From the NCBI GenBank assembly GCA_965203175.1, contig OZ241867.1, positions 4,032,001 through 4,096,000 of the forward strand: DNA of 64,000 nt, written 5' to 3'. How positions within the stretch are numbered: position 1 is the stretch's first letter; every line of letters begins with the position of its first letter. The notes beneath the pieces are model-generated. The model did no database searches, had not been told where the DNA came from, and saw only the letters and a list, made by a program, of their open reading frames with translations. This document shows positions 45,898 to 55,444 of this stretch, piece after piece. The position numbers were made by a program, and so were the translations under genes. This stretch comes from Candidatus Latescibacterota bacterium. Lineage in GTDB: Bacteria; Latescibacterota; UBA2968; UBA8231.

Positions 45898-47253
45898 TTA
45901 CTCGTAGGCTTCGTGGCGGCGGCGACGGTCGCTGATGCGATCTTCGACCGTGTCCTTAGAAACCACTTCGTAGAGCACGGCTTCCTTGCCTTGGCGGCGG
46001 CGGAGGATGCGCCCGAGGCGCTGGACGTGCTCGCGGATGGTCCCCGAGCCGGAGAGGACTACCGCGACATTGGCTTCGGGGATATTGACGCCCTCGTTGA
46101 GCACTTTTGAGGCGACGAGGGCGAGGTACTCCCCCTTGTTGAAGGCTTCGAGGATGGCCTTGCGTTCCCGCGTGCGGGTGCGGTGGGTAATGGCCGGGAC
46201 TAAGAAGGTGCGGGAGATCTGATGGACGGTCTCGTTGTCGTTGGTAAAAATCAACACGCGGTCGCGCGGGTGGGCCTTGAGGATGTCTTCGAGGACGCGG
46301 ATCTTGGCCGTCGCGCCGAGGGCGAGTTGGCGATGGCGGCGGTAAGCGTGCATGGCTCGTCGGCCGCTGGTGCTTTTGGCCGAGAGCATGACAAAGTGGC
46401 GCCAGCCGTCTTTGGTGCCGAGGCGGATGTTCTTGTCGGCGAGGAAGGCCTGGTACTCGTCGCGGGCGGTCTCGTACTGGGCGCGCTCCTCGGCGACCAT
46501 ATCCACTTGGCGGCGCTCGACGCGATACTCGGCCAAGTACTCGCCGGACAAGGCGCGGATGCCGCGCTCATAGGCTATGGGGCCGACGAGGGTGTCGAGA
46601 AGCACGTGGCGGCCATCGGCGCGTTCCGGCGTGGCCGTCAGCCCTAGGCGGTAGGGCGCTAGGCACATTTCAGCGGCATGGCTGTACATTTCGCCGGGCA
46701 GGTGATGGACCTCATCGAAGACTATGAGGCCGAAGCGATTGCCGTAGCGGTCCATCTGCATATAGGCGCTGTCGTAGGTGGCGACGGTCACGTCGGCTAG
46801 TTCGTGGTATCCGCCGCCGAGCAGGCCGACTTCGACGGCAAACGAGCGGGTGAGCAGGTCGTACCACTGGTTCATCAGGTCGATGGTCGGAGCGACGACG
46901 AGGGTGCTGCGCTGGACTTCTACCATCGCCATGAGCGCGACTTGTGACTTGCCCGTGCCCGTGGGCAAGACGACCACGCCGCGGCAGCCGTGCTGCTGCC
47001 AAGCGGCGATGCTTTCAGCTTGGTGCGGGTGTGGCTCAGGCGCGGTTCGCAGTTGCAGGGAAAGGGTATTATAACGCGGGGCCGTATTCTTGAATGCGAC
47101 TTCGTGCCGTTTGAGGTGTTCTATGCTTTCGCGATAGAAGTGGGCTTGGGCACGCCAGTGATCGACGCGCGCGTCCCAGACAAAGGCCGGGGGCGCGTCT
47201 GGGCCGACGTAGTCGCGTAGGAGCAGGGTGCCTTCTTCAAAGGTCAGACGCAT
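45898..47253 (-). CDS. XPB/Rad25-like superfamily II helicase
   Basis: LPTGTGKS, DEVHH, LGLTATPER, QRLGRILR; ATG at 47253. Confidence 0.9.
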   Translation of the reverse strand: MRLTFEEGTLLLRDYVGPDAPPAFVWDARVDHWRAQAHFYRESIEHLKRHEVAFKNTAPRYNTLSLQLRTAPEPHPHQAESIAAWQQHGCRGVVVLPTGTGKSQVALMAMVEVQRSTLVVAPTIDLMNQWYDLLTRSFAVEVGLLGGGYHELADVTVATYDSAYMQMDRYGNRFGLIVFDEVHHLPGEMYSHAAEMCLAPYRLGLTATPERADGRHVLLDTLVGPIAYERGIRALSGEYLAEYRVERRQVDMVAEERAQYETARDEYQAFLADKNIRLGTKDGWRHFVMLSAKSTSGRRAMHAYRRHRQLALGATAKIRVLEDILKAHPRDRVLIFTNDNETVHQISRTFLVPAITHRTRTRERKAILEAFNKGEYLALVASKVLNEGVNIPEANVAVVLSGSGTIREHVQRLGRILRRRQGKEAVLYEVVSKDTVEDRISDRRRRHEAYE

Positions 47254-47338
47254 AGGAGTAGATTGATTGTGAGGAAGAGAAATGATACATTGGGGCCAGA
47301 GAGCGGGCAAGGCATTATCAACCAAGGAGACATGCGAT

Positions 47339-48286
47339 ATGGACACAGCCCGAGTGGGTTTAGCACGCGCCGGTGCGCGGCAAGCCAACGTATATCAATC
47401 GCTGGATTTGGTGCGCGAGGATGTCGAGCCGAAGCTGGCCGCGCAAGTGATGCTCAAGCCGAACTTCCTGTCTAGCGAAAATCCCCTCGCCTCGACTCAT
47501 GCCGACGCCATGCGCGGTGCGATTGACTTTTTGCTGAGCACGCCGCAGCCGCCCGAGGAGATCGTCATAGCCGAAGGCGGCAACGAGAAGTACTCGGGCG
47601 AGGCGTTTGCCAACTTCGGCTATGATGCACTAGTCGAAGAATACACAGTGCCGATTCGCTTGGTCGATCTGCATCAGGAGACGCGGTGGGAAGAGACAAC
47701 GATTTACATGGCCGGCGGCGTCGAGGCGACCGTGCGGATGCCGAGCGTGGTCCTCGAATGTCCCTGCACTATCTCGGTGGCCGTGGCCAAGACCCACGAT
47801 GTGTGCGTGGTTACGTTGGCGCAGAAGAACATGATCATGGGGACGCTGCACAAAGAGGATCGCATCAAGATGCACGGCTATCCCTCGCACGCCGAGCGCG
47901 TGTTGCCCAGCGAGGCCGAGGTGCTCAATGTGAACTTGATCCGCTTGGCTCAGTATCTCAAGCCTGACATTGGGGTCGTCGATGGCACGGTGGGCTTGCA
48001 GGGTAATGGCCCTGGGGGAACCGATGCGGTGCCTATGGGTGCGGCCGCGGCGTCAGCCGATGTGTTTGCCGTGGATGCGGTTATGGCCAAGGCTATGGGC
48101 TTTGAGCCGATGGAACTGGGCCTTTTGCACTACGCCGACACCTTGGGCTACGGCGTGGGCGACTTGGAGCGGATCGAAGTATGGGGTGTGCCGATTGCCG
48201 AGGTCTCCTGCGCTTTCAAGCCGCACGAGACGACTGAGCAGCAGATGCAGTGGCGCAGCGCGGCAGTGGCGCAGTTTTTGCCATAA
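47339..48286 (+). CDS. DUF362 domain protein
   Basis: VMLKPNF, IAEGG, AKTH..VTLAQKN, DGTVGLQGNGP, DVFAVDAV. Confidence 0.85.
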   Translation: MDTARVGLARAGARQANVYQSLDLVREDVEPKLAAQVMLKPNFLSSENPLASTHADAMRGAIDFLLSTPQPPEEIVIAEGGNEKYSGEAFANFGYDALVEEYTVPIRLVDLHQETRWEETTIYMAGGVEATVRMPSVVLECPCTISVAVAKTHDVCVVTLAQKNMIMGTLHKEDRIKMHGYPSHAERVLPSEAEVLNVNLIRLAQYLKPDIGVVDGTVGLQGNGPGGTDAVPMGAAAASADVFAVDAVMAKAMGFEPMELGLLHYADTLGYGVGDLERIEVWGVPIAEVSCAFKPHETTEQQMQWRSAAVAQFLP

Positions 48287-48330
48287 GACCGACTTTCATT
48301 GAATACGTCCGATATAGAGAAGAGAGAGTC

Positions 48331-50151
48331 ATGCATGATTTGTCCATCATTGAGGGACTGCGCAAGGCTTGCGAAGAGGCAGAAGCAAAGTATGCCGATC
48401 CCGAACGGCGTGAGCAAATATTCCACCTGTTAGAGTATGTTGCGAATGCCTCCTTAGAGGAGCGCAAGAGCGAAGAATTTCACTACCAAATTTGGTATGA
48501 CAATCCCATTTTAGGTGGGTGGTATGGGAATTTCGATATTGATCAGGCCATAAGCCATATGGAGTTCCGTTCGTGGTTGGCAGAGGAATCAATGAAAATT
48601 CTGCCTAGTGATCCTCTGGTGAGACCCGACGCCCTGGAAAAAATCCTCAGAGATCTGATTGAGCGTGTCCAGGAGTCTGGCGCGAGTATAAGGTCGAGGG
48701 GGATCGTAACCGCGATTTTGGCCGCACTATTTCCCTATGATTTCACCACGCTGTTCGCTAATAGATTACTCGTAGACCTCTTAAGAGAAATGGATATCAG
48801 ACCGGCGAAGAATGTTGTCGGCAAACATCAGCAGATACTCGATAAGTTGCAGGAAGCTTTGGGGCCAGTACCTGATAGTGACCTCGAACAGTTGACCCAT
48901 CGGATGACTTTGCCGTGGATGCTGAGTAGACTACCGGGACGGGGTAAATCGACGACTGAGTCGAAATCTACTGCGAATTTTGACGCGAGGATTTCGTCGC
49001 TCACCGAAGAGATTGCCGTATCGGAGGCCGTCATACCGCAGAACATCATTCTCTACGGCCCGCCGGGTACCGGTAAGACCTATAGTACAATCCAAAGGGC
49101 ACTTGAGTTGTTGGGTGAAGGGAATATCGATGGTCGTGAGTCAAAGGAGTTCGAAGACTTATTCCGCAAATACCAGGAGGAAGGACAAATCGAGTTCGTC
49201 ACATTCCATCAGTCCTATGGCTACGAGGAATTCGTAGAGGGGCTACGTCCAGTCCTCGATGAGGACGAGGGAGGCGATGTACGCTATGAGCTACATGACG
49301 GTATATTCAAGCGCATTGCTCTGCGAGCTACCAACGATCAGGGCCGCCAATACGTGCTCATAATTGACGAAATTAACCGAGGCAATGTGAGCAAGATTCT
49401 CGGTGAGTTGATTACTTTGCTTGAACCGGACAAGAGACTCGGGGCCGATAACGAACTAAAGCTGCCGCTCTCCTATTCGCCGTCGCATCGTTTTGGCGTC
49501 CCGCCGAACCTGCACATTCTCGGCACTATGAATACAGCAGACCGCTCCATTGCCCTAATGGATGTGGCGTTAAGACGACGCTTCACATTTGAAGAGCTCA
49601 TGCCAGACGAGGATATTATCCGTGCCGATCTTTATAACTTGACGGACAACGATCCCTTCATTGATCTGGTTGTTGATCTGTTCAAGATCCTGAACGAGCG
49701 GATCCGGTTTCTATACGACCGAGACCATCAGCTTGGTCATGCGTATTTCCTAGGAATGAAGGCCCTAGAGGATTTGCGCTTGGTTTTTGTTAACCGAGTG
49801 GTTCCACTCCTCCAGGAGTATTTCTATGGTGACTGGCACAAGATATGTATTGTCCTCGGTTGCCCATACGATGAGAATGGAGGAAAAATGAGGGACAACG
49901 ATTATCCGATTGTGAAAGCTAGTAAATTTCTAGAAGTGGACACGCTCGGCTTCGATCACGACGAATACGAAGACCGGGTGGATTTCGGTATAACGTCCAA
50001 TTTTCGGAACGGTAACCTATCGGAGAAAAATCTCATTCGCACATTCCTTGGAGTACTGCAAATCGACAAAGACGAGTTGGAAAGACGTTCTGAAGAACTA
50101 ACAGATAGTATCATTCCGTCGGATAAGGAAGAGACGAAGAACAATCAGTGA
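48331..50151 (+). CDS. mcrB: McrB-like AAA+ GTPase of a modification-dependent restriction system
   Basis: GPPGTGKT, FVTFHQSYGYEEFVEG, IIDEINRGN, MNTADRS, ALRRRF, LGHAYF. Confidence 0.92.
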   Translation: MHDLSIIEGLRKACEEAEAKYADPERREQIFHLLEYVANASLEERKSEEFHYQIWYDNPILGGWYGNFDIDQAISHMEFRSWLAEESMKILPSDPLVRPDALEKILRDLIERVQESGASIRSRGIVTAILAALFPYDFTTLFANRLLVDLLREMDIRPAKNVVGKHQQILDKLQEALGPVPDSDLEQLTHRMTLPWMLSRLPGRGKSTTESKSTANFDARISSLTEEIAVSEAVIPQNIILYGPPGTGKTYSTIQRALELLGEGNIDGRESKEFEDLFRKYQEEGQIEFVTFHQSYGYEEFVEGLRPVLDEDEGGDVRYELHDGIFKRIALRATNDQGRQYVLIIDEINRGNVSKILGELITLLEPDKRLGADNELKLPLSYSPSHRFGVPPNLHILGTMNTADRSIALMDVALRRRFTFEELMPDEDIIRADLYNLTDNDPFIDLVVDLFKILNERIRFLYDRDHQLGHAYFLGMKALEDLRLVFVNRVVPLLQEYFYGDWHKICIVLGCPYDENGGKMRDNDYPIVKASKFLEVDTLGFDHDEYEDRVDFGITSNFRNGNLSEKNLIRTFLGVLQIDKDELERRSEELTDSIIPSDKEETKNNQ

Positions 50152-51476
50152 AACGCCTCATCATCCGAGAGCATACACGCATTGTCCGATGGGATGGTGT
50201 AGGTATGCCTCCATCTCTTCCACACATTGAACAGCGTCTCTATGATCGACTCAAACGATTCGATCAGCGCGGTCGTAACGAGAGAGACCGGGTGTTCTCG
50301 TGGAACGACGGTAGCACCCGAACAACGCAGTGGGTCGGTGTTATTCAGGTCCCTGGCTTACAAGTCGAAGTGCTACCTAAGATCGATGAGACAAACATCA
50401 ATGGGGATGGGGAAAAAGAAATCCAGGCGCGTAGCAATTTGCTCTACATGCTCTCTGTCGCTAGTCAAGTGCCCGCTCGGGACCGCGACGTTGCACGTTT
50501 AGCCAGTCGCAAGGTGCCGCTCTCTGAATCCCTTGCGGCTGTCTTCGCGGATCGGCTCCGCCGTGAACTACTACGCGGTCCCGAACGGACTTATATGCGT
50601 CGGGAGGAAAACCTTCGACGGTTCAAGGGCAAACTACTGATAGCCCAACAGACGCTCCGCAACGCAGCGCACCGCGAGCGTTTCTTCTGTCGGTTTGATG
50701 AGTTCTCCGAAGATACGTTGATGAACCGCATCTTTCGAGCCGCATGCCGAGTCCTGCTCGACTCCACGCACACTCCATCGACCCAAGACAGGCTGCGGCA
50801 TTGCCTACTTTTACTCGACGACGTTGAGGATATATTTGTCCAAGACGAGCTATTTGACCAGATAACCATCACGCGACAGAATGAGCGCTTCGCCGATCTG
50901 CTTCGCTTCTGCCGACTGATCTTGCAGGAACGTTCTCCCACGGTTCGATCAGGAAGCGAACGCAGCTTTTCGTTACTGTTTGACATGAACCGCGTCTTTG
51001 AAGACTTCGTGGCAGCCTTTCTCAAGAAACAAGTGATACCCCACTTGGACGGGTACCGTCTTTATCCTCAGGCTAAAAATCAGCGGCTACATTTGATGAC
51101 GTCCAAGGGCCGAGGTGTATTACCGCTCCGTCCCGATCTCTTGATTAAGGCATCAGATGGCCGACGATTCGTCTTGGATACCAAATGGAAACAGCTCTCG
51201 GGCGAGAGGGCTCGGGGTGGCGTTGGAACAGACGACCTGTACCAACTCTACGCCTACACGAGACGATATGAGTGTAGGCGTAGCGTTCTCCTCTACCCCC
51301 ATATATTTGGGGCTAAGCGTCGCGACTTCGACATAGTGAGTGAATCTGGGCCTACTGGCGAACAGGTGGGTGTTCGGTTTGTCAACCTTCGTCGTGACCT
51401 ACATAAACGTTCAGATAGAGATGCTCTTGCTTGTGAGCTCACGCATATCGTGAAAGAAGGCATCACGGCACAGTGA
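50148..51476 (+). CDS. mcrC: McrC-family restriction nuclease subunit
   Basis: VEVLPKI, LLFDMNRVFEDFV, LRPDL...LDTKWK...DLYQLYAY; GTGA overlap with mcrB. Confidence 0.92.
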   Translation: MKRLIIREHTRIVRWDGVGMPPSLPHIEQRLYDRLKRFDQRGRNERDRVFSWNDGSTRTTQWVGVIQVPGLQVEVLPKIDETNINGDGEKEIQARSNLLYMLSVASQVPARDRDVARLASRKVPLSESLAAVFADRLRRELLRGPERTYMRREENLRRFKGKLLIAQQTLRNAAHRERFFCRFDEFSEDTLMNRIFRAACRVLLDSTHTPSTQDRLRHCLLLLDDVEDIFVQDELFDQITITRQNERFADLLRFCRLILQERSPTVRSGSERSFSLLFDMNRVFEDFVAAFLKKQVIPHLDGYRLYPQAKNQRLHLMTSKGRGVLPLRPDLLIKASDGRRFVLDTKWKQLSGERARGGVGTDDLYQLYAYTRRYECRRSVLLYPHIFGAKRRDFDIVSESGPTGEQVGVRFVNLRRDLHKRSDRDALACELTHIVKEGITAQ

Positions 51477-51499
51477 GGTTGACTTGGTGATCCAGTGGC

Positions 51500-51724
51500 T
51501 CAGCTATGGGCTTCAAGGCGCTCGGATATCCAGAGCTTGATGAGCGAGTGGCGCGGCACGCCCAGACGCTGGGCTTCGCGATCTAAGGATTGAATCATCC
51601 AGACGGGGAAACTGATATTAACGCGCTTTTGGACTTGATTGATTCGTTTGGCTTGAGAAATATCCAGCACCTTTGTTAGGTCTTCGCCCGCTGCAAATTT
51701 CTCGTCGAACTCAGTGGCCTTCAT
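51500..51724 (-). CDS. brnA: BrnA-type (CopG/RHH) antitoxin
   Basis: MKATEFDEKF...KRINISFPVWMIQSLDREAQRLGVPRHSLIKLWISERL. Confidence 0.88.
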   Translation of the reverse strand: MKATEFDEKFAAGEDLTKVLDISQAKRINQVQKRVNISFPVWMIQSLDREAQRLGVPRHSLIKLWISERLEAHS

Positions 51725-51974
51725 AGAGTCTGATCTCCTCTTGGCGTGCCCTCCGCACAGAAATAATCCTGATTGCATCACCGCGATATGTTATCACGCC
51801 AGACCAGTGCTTGTCGGCAATGCGACCGATCACCAAGTAGCGCGGTTCATCGGTGGTCCGGGCTGGAATTTCGATCAACGCTGAGTCGTCCCACAAGAGC
51901 TGCGCTACGACGAAGTCGATGCCGTGTTTTGCTTTATTGGCATGGTTTTTCTCGGGGTCGAACTCGAATTCCAT
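51711..51974 (-). CDS. brnT: BrnT-family toxin
   Basis: MEFEFDPEKNHANKAKHGIDF...EPRYLVIG...IRIISVRRAR. Confidence 0.92.
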   Translation of the reverse strand: MEFEFDPEKNHANKAKHGIDFVVAQLLWDDSALIEIPARTTDEPRYLVIGRIADKHWSGVITYRGDAIRIISVRRARQEEIRLYEGH

Positions 51975-52148
51975 AGATAGATTATAAAAAATAACAGACA
52001 ATTCGTCTAAATCTGTACATGCCTGATGGCCCAAGTCTGCGTTTGCCATGGTAAATAGCAGTGGCCGATAGTCGCTCCTTGTGTCCTGTTGCTCTGCGCC
52101 ATAACTTATCCAAAAAACGAGACTTACCCCAATAAAGGACACTTCTCC

Positions 52149-52418
52149 ATGACGCCTCCCAACATCCTCTGGGTTTGCACGGATCAGCAGCGCTACGACA
52201 CAATCGGCGCACTCGGTTATTCCCACGTCGATACGCCACATGTTGCTCGGCTGGTCGCCGAGGGCGTGGCCTTTACGCACGCCTATTGCCAAAGCCCGAT
52301 CTGCACGCCGAGCCGTGCGAGTTTTCTTACCGGCTAGTACGCCAGCGCCGTGCATATCAACGGCAATGGCCTCGACAGTTTTCCCGACCACCCACCGCTG
52401 GTTACGCGGATGTTGGCC
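52149..52418 (+). pseudogene. Truncated duplicate of the sulfatase 5' end
   Basis: Near-identical to 53177..53446; CAG>TAG nonsense at 52335-52337; homology ends abruptly at 52418. Confidence 0.9.
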
Positions 52419-52518
52419 AACCCGAGCAGGCCGCTGAGACCTTGCGGATCATCGCCAGATAGCGGCCGTCTCCGTGCCGAGATCGGGGGACATAGAGGGG
52501 CACACGGGCACTGTGTGG

Positions 52519-52566
52519 TTGACAAAAGAATAATATGGATCATTATAGCTATGAGAATAGCTATTC
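52519..52566 (+). promoter_or_regulatory. Putative TA promoter with paired palindromic operators
   Basis: TTGACA at 52519; ATAGCTAT palindromes at 52545 and 52557. Confidence 0.55.
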
Positions 52567-52594
52567 TGTTTAACTTGATGCCGGAGGCCAAAAT

Positions 52595-52825
52595 ATGAAA
52601 ACCGTACAAATGACCCTCGATGAGGAACTAATCGAGGAGGTTGATAAAGTTACAAAGAAAATAGGTACGACGAGATCGGCTTTTGCGCGGGAGGCTTTAT
52701 ACGCTGCTCTCAGGCGGACAAAAATACAAGAAAAGGAGCAAAAACACCGCGAGGGATATGCCCGCAAGCCGGTTCAATCGGGCGAATTCAGCCAGTGGGA
52801 AGACGAGCAAGTGTGGACTGAGTGA
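52595..52825 (+). CDS. Ribbon-helix-helix antitoxin (CopG family)
   Basis: MKTVQMTLDEELIEEVD...TTRSAFAREAL...HREGY; coupled to a MazF-like toxin. Confidence 0.88.
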   Translation: MKTVQMTLDEELIEEVDKVTKKIGTTRSAFAREALYAALRRTKIQEKEQKHREGYARKPVQSGEFSQWEDEQVWTE

Positions 52826-53142
52826 TGCGGCGTGGTGAGGTTCGTTGGTACAGATTCGCCCAGCCGGACAAGAAAAGGCCCGTTGTTATTCTCACTAGGG
52901 ATTCGGCGATCCAATATCTGGGAGAAGTTACCGTGGCACCAGTGACATCGACCATTCGGGACATTCCCTCAGAGGTGCTTCTGTCCCAACGAGATGGAAT
53001 GCCTAGAGAGTGTGCGATCAATCTGGATCACATCCAGACTGTGTCCAAGGGTAAAATAGGCCCCCTGATTGTATCTCTCCCACTGGCGAAGATGAATGAA
53101 TTGCGCGATGCATTGCTTTTTGCATTGGGATTTGACGGCTAA
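52825..53142 (+). CDS. mazF: PemK/MazF-family toxin
   Basis: MRRGEVRW...KKRPVVILTRD...VAPVTS...INLDHIQTV. Confidence 0.92.
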   Translation: MRRGEVRWYRFAQPDKKRPVVILTRDSAIQYLGEVTVAPVTSTIRDIPSEVLLSQRDGMPRECAINLDHIQTVSKGKIGPLIVSLPLAKMNELRDALLFALGFDG

Positions 53143-53176
53143 TTCTATGATACCGTTTCAAAAGGACCCTTCCACC

Positions 53177-54601
53177 ATGACGCCTCCCAACATTCTCTGG
53201 ATTTGCACGGATCAGCAGCGCTACGACACGATCGGTGCGCTTGGCTATGATCACGTCGATACGCCGCACGTCGATCAGCTAGTCGCCGAGGGCGTGGCCT
53301 TTACACACGCCTATTGCCAAAGCCCGATTTGCACGCCGAGCCGCGCGAGTTTTCTCACCGGCCAGTACGCCAGCGCCGTCCACATCAACGGCAATGGCCT
53401 CGACAGTTTTCCCGACCACCCGCCGCTGGTCACGCGGATATTGGCCGAGGCCGGGTACGACTGCGGGCTGATTGGCAAGCTGCACTTGGCCAGCGCGTAT
53501 GGCCGCATTGAGCCGCGCGTCAATGATGGGTATCGCTGCTGGGAGTACAGCCACGCGCCCCGCGACGACTGGCCGCAGGGGCACGGCTATGCCGATTGGG
53601 TGCGGGAAAAGGGGGAAGTCTTAGGCGAGCTGATGAAGCAATATCCCCACGGATTGCCCGCTGAGTTCCACCAGACGACGTGGTGCGCCGAGAAAACCAT
53701 TGAGTTTATGAGCCAACAGCGCGACAGCCCTTGGCTGGCGAGTGTCAACATTTACGATCCACACCCGCCGTTCAATCCGCCGCAGAGCTACCGCGACCGC
53801 TTTGACCCAGCGGCCATGCCCGGACCGCTGTTTGCCGACAGCGACTTGGCACAACAGGAAAAGCTAGCGGCGATTGATTTCCAATCCAAGGGACGGCGGC
53901 CCGACCAACTCGATATCCGCGATCCCTTGCACCAAGACCGTCCGACGCCTGGGGCTGACGCGCGCGTGTTGCAGGCGGCGTACTGCGCGATGATCAAGCA
54001 GATCGACGATCAAGTAGGGAGGATGTTGGCCGCGCTCGAAGACACGGGCCAGCGCGACAATACGGTGGTGATTTTTACGTCCGACCACGGCGAAATGCTC
54101 GGCGACCACGGGCTGATCCAGAAGGGATGCCGCTTTTACGAGGGCTTGGTGCGGGTGCCGCTGATTTTTTCTTGGCCGGGGCACTTTGAGGAAGGCTTGG
54201 TGCGCGACGATCTAGTCGAGTTGACCGACAAAGCGCCGACACTTTTGGAGCTGGCCGGGCTGGAAGTGCCGGAGCGGATGACCGGTCGTTCGCTTGTGCC
54301 GGTCCTGCGCGGCGAGAGCGAGCAACCGCACCGCGACTTTGTCCGCTGCGAGTACTACGACGCCTTGGACGCGCCCGATGGCACCTTTGCCACCATGTAC
54401 CGCGACGAGCGCTACAAGTTGGTGCTCTACCACGGACACGATTTGGGCGAGCTGTACGACTTGCAAGAGGACCCGGGTGAGTTTGAAAACATGTGGGACG
54501 AGCCGGAAGCGCAGCCGCTCAAGTTGGCGCTGATGCAAAAGAGTTTTGACGCTTCGATGCTGGCGATGGATCGAGGACCTCGGCGCGTGGGGCCGATGTG
54601 A
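53177..54601 (+). CDS. Formylglycine-dependent sulfatase
   Basis: PNILWICTDQQR, CTPSR, GKLH, SDHGEMLGDHG, ELYDLQEDPGE. Confidence 0.95.
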   Translation: MTPPNILWICTDQQRYDTIGALGYDHVDTPHVDQLVAEGVAFTHAYCQSPICTPSRASFLTGQYASAVHINGNGLDSFPDHPPLVTRILAEAGYDCGLIGKLHLASAYGRIEPRVNDGYRCWEYSHAPRDDWPQGHGYADWVREKGEVLGELMKQYPHGLPAEFHQTTWCAEKTIEFMSQQRDSPWLASVNIYDPHPPFNPPQSYRDRFDPAAMPGPLFADSDLAQQEKLAAIDFQSKGRRPDQLDIRDPLHQDRPTPGADARVLQAAYCAMIKQIDDQVGRMLAALEDTGQRDNTVVIFTSDHGEMLGDHGLIQKGCRFYEGLVRVPLIFSWPGHFEEGLVRDDLVELTDKAPTLLELAGLEVPERMTGRSLVPVLRGESEQPHRDFVRCEYYDALDAPDGTFATMYRDERYKLVLYHGHDLGELYDLQEDPGEFENMWDEPEAQPLKLALMQKSFDASMLAMDRGPRRVGPM

Positions 54602-55419
54602 TGGAGCGACAGCAGCGGGTGACGCAGCGGCCGATTTGGCGTTTCCGCGAGGCGGACAAAGCGGCCGAAGACGACCAAGTAACGGTCGAAGAGCCGCTGG
54701 AGATCCGCGTGGAGGAGACGCCAATCGCGGTAATCATGCGCACCCCGCGCCACGACTTTGAGTTGGCGGCTGGTTTTTTGTGTACCGAGGGGCTGATCAA
54801 ATCGCCGCAGGAGCTGGGCGCGATCTCGTACTGCACGGCCGCGGAGCCGCCCAACGAGGAGAATATCGTCGAGGTCAAGTTGGCCGCTGGCGTGGAGTTT
54901 GATCGGCAGCAGCTCCAGCGCAATTTTTACGCCTCGTCGAGTTGCGGGGTCTGCGGCAAGGCCAGCATTGAGGCCATCACCTGCGAGGCTCCCAAGCTGA
55001 CGGGAAATTTTACTGTATCGCTGGCCATGCTCTACGATCTTAGCGACCGCATGCGCCAAGCACAGGATGTGTTCGAGCAAACCGGCTCGCTGCACGCGGC
55101 GGCCCTGTTCGATCAAGCGGGCGACTTGCTCGTCCTGCGCGAGGACGTGGGTCGGCACAACGCAGTGGACAAACTCATCGGCCACTATGCGCTGCGCAAC
55201 GAGTCGGTGCCAGCGAAGAGCGTGCTGATGGTCAGCGGGCGCACCAGTTTTGAGATCGTGCAGAAGGCGAGGATGGCGGGAATTGCCGTGGTTGCCGCCG
55301 TGTCTGCGCCATCGAGCTTGGCGGTGGATCTGGCGCGGGAATCGGGGATGACGCTGCTGGGATTTTTGCGCGGGCGGGGATTCAATGTATATACCGGAGA
55401 AAAGCGAATTGCCGTTTAA
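54601..55419 (+). CDS. fdhD: Formate dehydrogenase accessory sulfurtransferase FdhD
   Basis: EEPLEI, MRTP, SSCGVCG, TGSLHAA, REDVGRHNAVDK, SAPSSLA. Confidence 0.95.
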   Translation: MERQQRVTQRPIWRFREADKAAEDDQVTVEEPLEIRVEETPIAVIMRTPRHDFELAAGFLCTEGLIKSPQELGAISYCTAAEPPNEENIVEVKLAAGVEFDRQQLQRNFYASSSCGVCGKASIEAITCEAPKLTGNFTVSLAMLYDLSDRMRQAQDVFEQTGSLHAAALFDQAGDLLVLREDVGRHNAVDKLIGHYALRNESVPAKSVLMVSGRTSFEIVQKARMAGIAVVAAVSAPSSLAVDLARESGMTLLGFLRGRGFNVYTGEKRIAV

Positions 55420-55444
55420 TTTTTCCACGTAAAAGGAGAGAACA

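Noticed and set aside
51711-52391. 226-aa extended BrnT
   Set aside because: The N-terminal extension is the antisense of the sulfatase pseudogene. BrnT homology starts at the ATG at 51974.
54601-55419. FdhD-sulfatase coupling as a novel sulfur-relay pathway
   Set aside because: The only evidence is adjacency, and fdhD is commonly found away from formate dehydrogenase genes.
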